Part shown: piece after piece, positions 12,501 through 24,500 of the stretch
Numbering within the stretch: position 1 is the first letter of the stretch
How the letters are laid out: each line of letters starts with the position of its first letter
From: Raja brachyura
Lineage: Eukaryota
NCBI GenBank assembly: GCA_963514005.1
Contig: OY740786.1
Coordinates: 21,700,001-21,764,000, forward strand
Reading direction: 5' to 3'
DNA: 64,000 nt
Made by a program: the position numbers and the translations under genes
The notes under the pieces: model-generated
What the model saw: the letters and a program-made list of their open reading frames with translations, nothing else
Database searches by the model: none
Told to the model about the DNA's origin: nothing

Positions 12501-15500
12501 GTCGCTGCTGTGTGGGGCCGTCATTCGCTCTGACCCTCCGTCACTACAGTCGCCGCCGACACGAAACGTCACGTTCCTTTTCACCAGAGATGCTGCCTGA
12601 CCCACTGATTTACTCCAGTTTTTTGTGTCTATTTTTGGTATAAACCAGTATGTACAGTGCCAAGCCGGGCAAAATGACTTGGTATTTAGGTTACCAGGCG
12701 GAACTTTGGGTGGTCAATGGCACCCGGGCAACCGCTAATTTCAAGCCCTGCTAGCTATGCCACTGTGCCACCCATAGTTCTGTGGTTCCATCTTTCTGTT
12801 GTTCACTCTCAAGGCATCAGCTGTTGCTAGCAAAGCTGGGGTTAAATGCCCATTGCTGAGAAAATGGCGTTGAATCACCTTCTTCCTGAATTATTGCACT
12901 CTATATGTGAAAGATGGTCCCACAATGGTGAGCGTCTTGCTCTACCATGTCAGTAGGCAGTTCAGTCGTTTATTGTCAAATGGGATGAAATTCCTTGTTC
13001 ACATGAAAGTTACCGAGCAAATAGTATACACGGTAATGATGGATACAACAAGATAATACCATGCCACATGAAAAACATCAAAATATGCAATGATTGTAAT
13101 AGAATCTAAAGTAGTACAAAAAAACGTAAGTGCAATTACAGAATTACCTAATGAGGTAAAGTTAAGAGTAAAAGCACGTGGTGATATCTCCGGGAAGGGG
13201 GTGGGGAAGAAGCTGTTCTGAAGTCTGAATATCCGAGCTTTTAAGGCCCTGTACATTCTCCCAGAAGATAGAGGTGATAAAAATGGAATAGGCAAGTTTT
13301 TTTCTCTCAAGAACTTTATTGATACAGTTTGGTTAAATAATAATATAACATTGATTTTCACAATAACTTTTCATGGAAATTTGCCTTTTTGTTTTGCTTA
13401 AATAACTATGGAATGTTCAGCTCTGCTAAGGTTCTGTCCAATTGTCCACACTCCCACCAAGCATAGTTAAAGCATGTAAGATAGACACAAAATACTGGTG
13501 TAACTCAGCAGGTCAGGAAGCATCTCTGAAGAAAAGGAATAGGCAATGTTTCGGGTAGAAACCCTTCGTCATACTTATTAAAGTCTGAAGAAGGGGTTTG
13601 ACCCGAAACGTCACCTATTCCTTTTCTCCAGAGATGCTGCCTGACCCACTGAGTTACTCCAGCATTTTGTGTCTATCTTCAGTGTAAACCAGCATTTGCA
13701 GTTTCCTGCTACACAGTTAAAGTATAGATGGGAATGGTGAATTGGGACTACTGCACCGTTAAAACATTACATTCTCCATTGGAGTGTGGAATAAATGAAT
13801 AAGACGACTTACAGACTTGGATTTCGATAAGCTACCCAAGGTCTGGATGGTCTTGGATACCAGAGTCAGGGTCCGTGCTGTTAACGGGTCCTGAAGAGAA
13901 GAGATGATTACCAGATCCTGATCAACACATTCAAACGGTAGTAAGCTGGAAAAACAACCAGGTTCTATAAATGCAATGTTGGTGAGGAGAAACCAGGGAG
14001 CACGAGGGGAGATTCCATGTTTATTATTTTGTTATCTTCAGTTTCCCTCCCAATTTTTGTAATTTGAAATCGATTTCACATCGGAATAGTTGAATGCCAA
14101 TACCTATCCTGTTTACCTTCATCTTGGTAATAGAATGATAACGTAGTCAATCACCACTTGCGGTCATTAATAGCAGTTGAGGTCAGGTTGCAGCTATGCA
14201 CTATGTTGCTTAGACAGTACCTCAATACCTGAAATATTATGTGTACTTGTGGTCACCATACTATAGTAAGTATGTGGAGGCCGTATAGATGTGTACAAGA
14301 GGTTTACTAGGATGCTGTCTGGATAAGGAGAGGTTGGACAAACTAGGATTATTTCTTTCTGGAGTGTTGGAGTTTGAGGAAAGATCTGACATAAGTTTAC
14401 AAAATCGAGAGACATAGGTAACGTGGGCAGTCGCAGTATTTTTCCTAGGGTGGCATGTCAATAACTAGAGGGCATAGATTTAAGGTAAGAGGGGGAGGTT
14501 TAAAGGAGATATAGGAGGAAATTCTTTAAACATGGTATGTTCTAACAAATAATCTATTTTAATAATGGAGGTTGAGTGATAAATATTAACCAGAATACTG
14601 GGAAAAACTCCCATAGCTGAAACCTGGGTTATCCTCTGACAGTGCATGCTCCCTCAGTACTGCGATGGAACGTTTACCTGGGGTCAAGAGTGAGAGAGGG
14701 GCTTATGTGCTTCTGGTGGAATGCATTACCAAGTATTAGTTAATATTAAATCATTGAAACAGGAATGTCTTGTATAGTTAATGATTTACATAAAGGGTGG
14801 AATAGAGTCAATTAGGTGCCTATGCATGTAAGTGAGTCCTTATATTGAAGGACCCACACTGTGGGCAAACATGAACTTTGCCTGGTTCCCAATATGATGT
14901 TCACATGTCCAGTTCTATTTGCTTGCCCTCCGTACTCTATAGAGCTAGGTTTTTGAGAAGGCATGATGACCATTGCAACAGACTAGTTCCTGATGTTGTT
15001 TGTTCTGGGCAAAGTCTACATGACGTACTTACTGGATGGTGAAGGTGGAGCTGGAACAGGTTCGGTGAAAGAATAGCTGGCGCAAAGAATCGCAGGAAGA
15101 TAAAACTGCTTACAGCTGTGTACCGAACATCTAGATCATCTAGAAAAACACAGTTTCCAAATTAGCAGTGGATAGCTATGCTTCGATTACAAAGATGTTT
15201 TAAAGTATATGAACTCAATCTTAGGACCGACTGTGTTTCATCAGTTAATGCTAAACCACAGCCACAAATATCACAAAAGGCAGCATGACAGCATATTGCC
15301 TCTCAGTACATCCCTAAACTATTCCTCTCTGGACTTCTCCAATTCTGGGTTTTCCTGCATCTCTGAACTTAATAATCTTCAGCTACTAGAATTTCCTCCC
15401 CACAATTCTTCACCTCTCTGCCACATTCAAGTTGTGCCTGAAAACTTTCTTCTTTCAGCACGCCTTTGCTCAACTTTTCTAATGTTTTCTGGATTTTGGG

Positions 15501-18500
15501 TCCTGGATGAAGCTGCCCCCGAAATACGAGTTCTTGAAGCTTTGTGGGTTTTTTTTTTTAAGAGTAGTTACTATTATGCAGGCAAGCATAAGGCAAATAG
15601 CAAGCAAGTCCAATGCTGGTGAATGATACATGTTGGCCAGGATATTGGATGAACTCTCTTCAAATAGTGCTAAACTAACTAAATCTGCCTTGGCCAGATT
15701 GTACAGGTTTATGTCCATGCATAACAGAGAGTGTTAAATAGTCCTCTATCCCTATAATTATATATAATTGTATACTATTCACAGGCCATTCAGCCCCTCA
15801 GTTCAATAGTAACATCCTCTCATCGCTCTCCATTCTTTGATCCCTCTCTCCTTCGTGTGCCTTAAACTCATCTCTGTTCCTCAGCTCAACCCTTCCCAGT
15901 ATGACTAGGTTTTACATTCTCTTTGCTCCTGAATTTCTGATTAGATTTTTTAGTGACCATCTTATAATGATGGTCATCTGGTTTCTGTCTCAACTATGTG
16001 TAAATACCTTCTCTACATTCATCCTATTAAACTACTTCTGAATCCGATAGCATCTGATTAAATTAATTCATGGTCTTCCCCTCGGCTATTTTAGTCTTTC
16101 CTGATCATTGTAACCTCTCAGTCTGCCAGCTTTGTTGTAAATCTGCTGCTGTTTCTCCAGTGTTTTAGTGTTCTCACATACAATGAGGAGACCAGAACTG
16201 TGCACTGTGATGCAAGTCTGAGCTAACAATGATGGCTGGAAACCTGAACCCTTCACATTGTTCCATGACTAAAAAGGATCAGCAGCAGGTTAATGATTCT
16301 GAACGACAGCACACGCTACCTTGGAATCTCTTGGCAGCAGACTCCCTCAGTGAGAAGAAAATGTCACACATGACCGTGGGGCAACTCATGCCTGACGTTG
16401 TGATGACATTGAAAATCCTTTCAACGTATTGCCTGAGGTTATCCTGTAACACAATGGAACAATGATAATGGTGTGTAATACTCATACATTTAGCTCCACA
16501 AGACAGCACAGTTGAAATAGCAGAAGCATCACCTTTGGTCATACTGAGTTGGTTATATGATTAAAGGAGTTGGTCGGATGGATAAGAGAGAAATTACTTC
16601 CCATGGCAGAGCTAGGAGCTGGGGAATGGGCAAAACAATGGGACCTCATTGAAACATACAGAATAGTGAAAGGCTTAGATAGAGTGGATGCGGAGAGGAT
16701 GTTTCCACGGTCTAGGACTACAGGTCAGAGCTTCAGAATGAAAGGACTTTCTTTGAGTAAGGAGATGAGGAGGAATTGTTATTTTTTAGTCAGAGGGTGG
16801 TGAATCTGTGGAATACATTGCCACAGAAGGCTGTGGAGGCCCTCAGTGAATGTTTTTAAGGCAGGAATAGATAGATTCTTGATTAGTACGGGTGCCAGAG
16901 GTTATGGGGAGAATGCAGGAGAATGGGGTTAGGAGAGAGAGTTAGATCAGCCATGATTTAATGGTGGAGTAGACTTGATGGGCCAAATGGCCTAATTCTG
17001 CTACTATCACTTATGATCTTACGATCTTACGATCTGTGCAACCTCACAATTTTGAACGGATTTGACTCACCCCTGATTCTCGCACCACCCAACTCAATTT
17101 GGGGCAACTTACAGTCAGCACATGAATGAAAAGCAGATCATAAGGGAAACCCATGTACTCAAAGGGGAAATATGCAGATTTCATCCAGACTTTGAAAAGT
17201 ATATAAAAGGAAATACCAATTTGAATCTTCTAGATTATTATTGGAATACTAATCCAATTACATAACCTCTATAGGACCTGAAATTCAAAAGTGATCTCAG
17301 TTAAATAGAATGATGTCCTGGTTAGATAACGCTGAAGGTTCTCACCATGTTGGACTCCAGGTTCTCACCATCCTTCAGCTTAACTGGGTCAATTTCACAG
17401 GACTTGTGAACTTCACATATCTGTAACATGGAAATGAAATTCTGGTTCAATAATCATCTGTACTAACAGCTTCTAAACAGATTAAACAATGCAAAATGAT
17501 TCCAGCCTTGTGGTCCCCCCTTCAACCAAAGACACCCCCTCTGTAAACTACCTCTAAATCAAGAGATAGTGTCATTCTGCAAATGTTGAATCTTCACAGA
17601 CCCCAATGATGCGTGTTTGATTCACCACAATTATGATTTTTGTTATTGTGGTTCTATTGTGTTGGCTGTTTAAGAAAGTAATTTTCTAATTCTGGACATT
17701 CTTTTTCCAAGTTCCTTTCCCTGTGTGCCGACTGTTGTGCAGCTGAGTGTGGGCAAGTGTGAGAAAGTGTATGTGTATATAAGAATGTATGTGTAAATGT
17801 GTGAGAGAGACAATGTGCAAATGTATGGGTGATATGTGTGTGTATTCAAGAATACAAGTGTATATGAGTAAGAATAACTGCACGTGCAAGTGTGTGCAAG
17901 AAAAGGTTGTGTGTGCTATATATATGAGAGGGACTGAATGTGGGTGAGATAAGTGTTTGAGTGTACACGCAAGTGTGTCATGTACTTTGTGTCAGCGATT
18001 GATCGAAGCAGCCTCCCTCGCAGTCCTGGTTACCTCGTCGATAACGGGCTTCAGTGTGACCTGCAGGTAGTGTCTCCCCGCCAGTTTCATTGTCTCATCA
18101 ATGCACTTGGAGGTCAGGGAGTTGCCTCGGAAGATGGTGTTAGGATCTCTGGAAAGAAACAGACTGGTATCACAACCGGCTCGTGAGATACAGGATCAGA
18201 GTCTATTCTTCTCCCTTCCATGGACAATATTACGAGCAGCCTCTTGGAGGCTCATGCACAATCTTTAACTAAGAATTTGTCTCCTCTTGTCTATCCAAAT
18301 AATTAAAAAAACATAGTGGTACAGTAGTAGAGTTGCTGCGTTACAGCGCCAGAGACCCGGGTTTGATCCTGCCTATGCTTGTCTGCAGAGAGTTATGCCC
18401 CTGTCCCACTTAGGAAACCTGAACGGAAACCTCTGGAGACTTTGCACCCCACCCAAGGTTTCCGTGCGGTTCCCGGAGGTTTTTGTCAGTCTCCCTAATG

Positions 18501-21500
18501 GTCGAAAGTGGTTTCCGCTTCTTCTATGTTCTATACCTCCAGAGGTTTCCGTTCAGGTTTCCTAAGTGGGACAGGGGCATTAGTAGGTCCTCCCTGTGAC
18601 CTGCGTGGGTTTTTTCAAAGATCTTTGGTTTCCTCCCACACTCCAAAGACGCACAGGTCTGTAGGTTCATTGTCTTGGTGTAAGTGTAAAATCATCCCAA
18701 GTGTGGCTGGGTAGTGTTAATGTGCGTGGATTGCTGGTCGGTGCGCATTGGTGGGCAGAAGGGCCTGTTTTGGGGCTCTAAACTAAACTAAAAAAAACTA
18801 AACAACCGATTCCATTTTTACAATGTCATGAATGTAGAACTATCCCCTGGGGTTTTCCACAGGAGAGACAAAATGTGACTATTGGGCCATGCTACATGTG
18901 TAGGCTGTGTTACATGAGATGAGGTTTGTGTTGGGGAACCAGGCAGCTGGAGTTAGGTTAGCCTGTGCTAGACCCATGGAAGCTGGGTGATCAGGACCTT
19001 GAAGAGACCTCAGGAGGCTGTAGGACGGCAGGAGGTGAAGGGATAGTAAGAGCACTAAATATTATTAAAGCTTTAACACCCTTTCAACGTTGTGAACACA
19101 TTTGTGCTCTTCTAAACCTGGTCTTGTGCACATTGCTCCATTTACGTGGAGAGATGTGAGCAGAACGGTGGAAATGTGGGGAGGAATGAAGCACGCTGGT
19201 GCGAAGAAGAGTGAAAACGACAGCTAGACTGTGGGATTATCACGATGCACACATCACTTGGAATGAGACACTGATTTACTTACAAGGTCCTGTTTATTTC
19301 AGCGTTAGCTATGGCACTGATGAAGGGAACAATCCTTCCGTAGTGCAGGAAGAGCCTGACCAAGGGCATGGCAGCTTGCTGCTTCTCACGGCACACTTCA
19401 CCCAGCACGTGGGCGGCAGACGAAGAAACGGGCTGTGGTGGCAGCGTGGGCACGTGTGCAGGGAGAGGGGTGGGGTGAGGAAGGAGTGCGGGGTGAGGGG
19501 CAAGGTGAAGGGATGATGGAACGGGTTGAGCCGAAAGAGGTTCAGCAGGGCGAGGAGGGATTGAGGAGAGAGGTAGCGTGAGCAGGGAAGGGGTGAGTGT
19601 ACAGGAAGGGGTAGGCGTGGGCCAGGGAGGAATGGGTGAATATGGGAGCAGGAAGGTTAGGGAGAGGGGAAGAACAGAAGAAGGGGAGCAGGGATAATGG
19701 GGAGCACAGAGTATGGGGTGTGAAGGAATAATGGAGGGAGTGAGTGTAGGAAGGAAAGGCATGTGATGTGAGAAGAGTAGGTCGGGGCGGGCAAAAATGT
19801 TGAGCATGGTTGTGGGGAGTGGGAAAAGAAAGTGGGAAGAGAGGGATGTGGGTGCGGGAACAGAAAAGGGCGAGTGGAGAGGTATTTAGGAAGAGGGTTC
19901 AGTGGGAAATGGGGTGCAGGAAGGAGGAGAGGAATGAAACCAGAGAAAACACAAGTCAGATTACACTGCAGGCAAAATAAACCACCATTCAACTTCATCC
20001 ATAGCTGTGGGAGAAAGGTTTACAGTGCTGGGGATACAGCTGGTACCTCAAGGCAGCCTGTTGACCTTCCATGTCTGCTAGAGCTGCGAGTCTAATGCCA
20101 TCTCCCTGATCTTTCCCCAATTATTTCTCATTCAGACATTCGCAGTGTAAAATGCATCGCCTACGGTTACCCACAATCACCAGGAGAGGGCAGCAATACA
20201 CTGCAGGGCAACCCAGTGAACGAGGGTTCTGGTCTTCCTAAACAAAGTGGCTCATAAAGGTAAAGGGACACAAAGTGCTGGAGTAACTCAGCGGGTCAGG
20301 TAACATCTCTGGAGAACATGGATAGGTGACATTTTGGGTCAAGACCCCTCCCCATTTGAAAGGTCTCAACCAGAAACATTACCGAACTGTGTTCTCCAGA
20401 GATGGAATAGGACTAGGAATACTGTATTATCACATGTGACAAGGCACAGTGAAATTCTTTGCATGTATACCCCACGTATACAAATGCTGCCTGACCTACT
20501 GAGTTACTCCTTCAAAGTATTCCTTCTCTCCATAGATGCTGCCTCACCCGCTGAGTTCCTCCAGCATTTTTGTCTACCTACTGAGTTACTCCAGTACTTT
20601 GTGTTCTTTTGCGCGTTAACCAGCATTCTTATTTATGCATCTTGGCTCTAAAAGATGCTCATTACTCACAATTCGACACCGGAAAGTGCGAGCTAATTTC
20701 TCAGCGTGAGATTGGTGCCGCTTTAAATCCCCAACAATGAACTGTGCATAAACTCTATAGAATTTCCAAATGGGAAGGCCACGGCCCATCAGACTCACGA
20801 GGTCTGGCACTAGCTGCTAGCAGAGCTACAGACTTGTAGAGGCAATGACCCAGGTCAAATGCTGACTTTGGGCACTGTCAATGTGGAGTCTGTACATTCT
20901 CCGTGACTCTGAGTGCTTTGGTTTCCTCACAAAAGCACGTGGGTTGTTAATTGGTCACTGTAAATGTCCCTTGGTGGAGTATAGGTGGTAGGATGTAGGA
21001 GTTGATGAGAATATGGTTGATGGTCAGCACAGACTAGGTGAGCCAAAGGCCTGTTTCCATTCTGTACATTGCTATGACTGTACTATACAGCACAGAAACA
21101 GGCCTTTGAGCTAGCTGAGTTCACGCCAACCATTAAGCACCCATATACCTTAATCCTACACTAATCTAATTTTATTCTCTCCACAATCTCATCAAATCCC
21201 CCCCAGATTATACTACTCACCCACACACAAGTGGCATTTTACAGTGGCTAATTAACCTACAAACTAACACACCATTGGATGTGTGAGGAAACAGAAACAC
21301 TTGAATGAAACCAGTGAAGTCACAGGGAGAATGTACAAACTCTGCACAAACAGCACTGTAGGTTGGAATTAAACCCGAGTGTTTGGAGCAATGATCCTGC
21401 ACCTCTCCTATCAAATGTGTTACTACACAAAAGCTTCCACTAAACCCTGACGTCTCCCATTACCTTATTCTAATCTCCTTGGATTGTTCTAGCTTCTTGT

Positions 21501-24500
21501 TCCCCAAGTTTCACTTTTGCTGATGTCAGCCTCATGCTTCACACTCTGCCAAGGCCAGGTCTGAAGAAGTGACCCAACCCGAAATGCCACCTGTCCGTGT
21601 TCTCCAGAGATACTGCCTGACCCGTTGAGATACTCCAGCGCCCTGTGTATTTTCAGCATTATCATGTTCATAAGCCACAGGAGCAGAATGAAGCCATTTG
21701 GCCCATCGGGTCTATTCCACCTTTTAATCATGGTTGATCTATCTTTCCCTCGCAACCCCATTCCCCTTCTCCCCGTAACCTTTGACGCCCTTACAAACCT
21801 GTCATTCTCCACTTTAAAAATACCCAATGACAATGAGCCATCTATTTACACTATACATCAATGATTTGCCCTCCACAGTTATTTACAATATACATCAATG
21901 ATTTAGATGAAGGGATTCAAAGTAAAGTAACATTAGCAAATTTGCAGATGACACAAAGCTGGGTGGCAGTGTGAACTATGAGGAGGATGCTATGAGAATG
22001 TAGGGTGACTTGGACAGATTGGGTGAGTGGGCAGATGCATGGCAGATGCGGTTTAATGTGGATAAATGTGAGGTTATCCACTTTGGTAGCAAAAAAGGAA
22101 GGCAGATTACTAACTAAATTGTGTCAGGTTGGGAAAAGGGGAAGTACAACGGGATCTGGGGGTCCTTGTTCATCAGTCAATGAAAGTAAGTATGCAGGTA
22201 CAGCAGGCAGTGAAGAAAGCGAATGGCATGTTGGTCTTTATAACAAGAGGAGTTGAGTATAGGAGCAAAGAGGTCCTTCTGCAGTTGTATAGGGCCCTAG
22301 TGGGACCACACCTGGAGTATTGTGTGCAGTTTTGAGGAGGGACATTCTTGCTATTGAGGGAGTGCTGCGTAGGTTTACAAGGTTAATTCCCGGGATGGCC
22401 GGAATGTCATATGCTGAGAGAATGGAGCGGCTGTGCTTGTATACTCTGGAGTTTAGAAGGATGAGAGGGGATCTTATTGAAACATATAAGATTATTAAGG
22501 GTTTGGACACGCTAGAGGCAGGAAACATGTTCCCAATGTTGGGGGATCCTGAACCAGGGGCCATAGATTAAGAATAAGGGATAAGCCATTTAGAACGGAG
22601 ACGAGGAAACACTTTTTATCACAGAGAGTTGTGAGCCTGTGGAATTCTCAGCATCAGAGGATGGTGGAGCCGGTTCTCTGGATACTTTCAAGAGAGAGCT
22701 AAATAGGGCTCTTAAAGATAGCGGAGTTAGGGGATATGGGAAGAAGGCAGTAACAGGTTACTGATTGGGGATGATCAGCCATGATCACATTGAATGGCGG
22801 TGCCAGCTCGAAGGGCCGAATGGCCTACTCAATAGACAATAGACAATAGGTGCAGGAGTATGCTATTTGGCCCTTTGAGCCAGCACCGCCATTCAATGTG
22901 ATCATGGCTGATCATCCCAAATCCGTACCCCGGATTACCCCAGATATCCCCTGACTCCGCTATTTTTAAGAGCCCTATCTACCTCTCTCTTGAAAGTATC
23001 CAGAGAACCTGCCTCCACCACCCTCTGTGGCAGATAATTCCACAGATTCACAAATCTCTGTGAGAAAAAGTGTTTCCTCGTCTCCATTCTAAATGGCTTA
23101 CCCCTTATTCTTAAATCTTACTCCTTACTCCTTATACTCCTGCACCTATTATCTATTGTCTATTGTGGCGACGAATTCCACAGATTCACCACACTTTGAC
23201 TAAATAAATTCCTCCTCATCTCCTTTCTAAATTACATCCTTCTACTCTGAGGCTGTGCCCTCTGGTCCTGGACTCTCCCTCTAGTGGGAACATCCTCCAT
23301 TTATTATAAGGGTTATAGGCAGATTGAGGGCCAGACTGTTCTCAGGTCCTGAGACTCTGGATAACATGAAGGTCAGGCTCATGACCTGGGTTAAGGGTGT
23401 CATTCATTACTCGTACCTCAGCATCTGCTGATTTGATGGTAAGGTCCCTCAGAGCATCGTAATAATGACATGGAAATACGTGGTCTTCAGTGTAAACAAT
23501 GTTCAGCCGCAGGGAGCCCAGGTCGACCAGTTTAACGGGCTTTCCATTATCCCTGGGATGCAGAAAGTACCTGTGAAATTTGCAAAACAAAAGAGCAATT
23601 ATGGAAAAAACGTTTCCATCATGTCAGAGTACAACATTATGATCCGCATTTCCTGGTTCAGGCTCGATCCTATTCCTTAACAATTCAGTAGTGTGCTTGG
23701 CTGAGGAGGCACACAGCTGCTTTTCCTGCTCACAGAATATCAGCTGCCCCTGTGGTGAGCACCGTTGCTCTTTCCATCTTCCATCTGCAACTAACTGCTA
23801 TGCAAAAACGCCTGAAAATTAATCAACAAATGGATTTATCCAATTCCAATGTAGGTTTATGTTACTCAGACAGATTGTGGCTATATACTGTTTACCCAAG
23901 ATAAAAGACTAATCCTGTACACTAAAGCTGCTGATAAACAGTGGCAGGCCAACCTTATCACCAATCCACCCAAACCTTCAAATAAAAACAGGATAAGGTT
24001 GAATTTTCCCGGTTCTTATTTCAGATTCCCCCATTCTTGCTTTCCCGTCTGCAGCCTCTGTTTATTTACACCCCACGCGGTTCCACTTTCACCACTTACA
24101 GTCGATAGTTATTGAGTAGGGTGCACACGCCTAAACACAGTCATTGAACATAACTCGTTATCTGTTGCTCACTCTGCTTCTCACAGAGATGTTATCAAAC
24201 ATGTCAAGCCCTCAATTACCAAGCTTGATGGGACGGAGTCAGCTTTAGAATCTTCAGCGGAAGCCGCAGTTCTCCCAGAAATTCATCGCCAAACTTTAAG
24301 TTACTGGCATTCCAAAGTCCAATCCTGGAAAAAGAATCAACCCCACAGTTGAAGACACTGAAATAACTACTGCTTATTAAACTGTGGTCGTTATCTTAAC
24401 GTCTCAAGTCTTGCATGTGTTTTAATTAGATAAGGTGGTGTGACAATTGCAGTTATATATTGTATCATGGAAATGACTAGGAAGCTAGAAAAAAGGAACT

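Larger units (their letters stand above)
9937..12750. mobile_element. Non-autonomous DNA transposon-like element (~2.8 kb, hAT-like ends, 5-bp TSD) inserted in an HE1 SINE
   Basis: Termini CAGGGCT...AGCCCTG; CTAGC duplicated at 9932-9936 and 12751-12755; flanks rejoin into a SINE 5' end; CCGGGCAA subterminal motifs near both ends. Confidence 0.75.

Noticed and set aside
19433-19998. Pro/Ser/Leu-rich ORF extensions upstream of exon ~11
   Set aside because: Low-complexity intron sequence; the real exon starts at the AG at 19433-19434.
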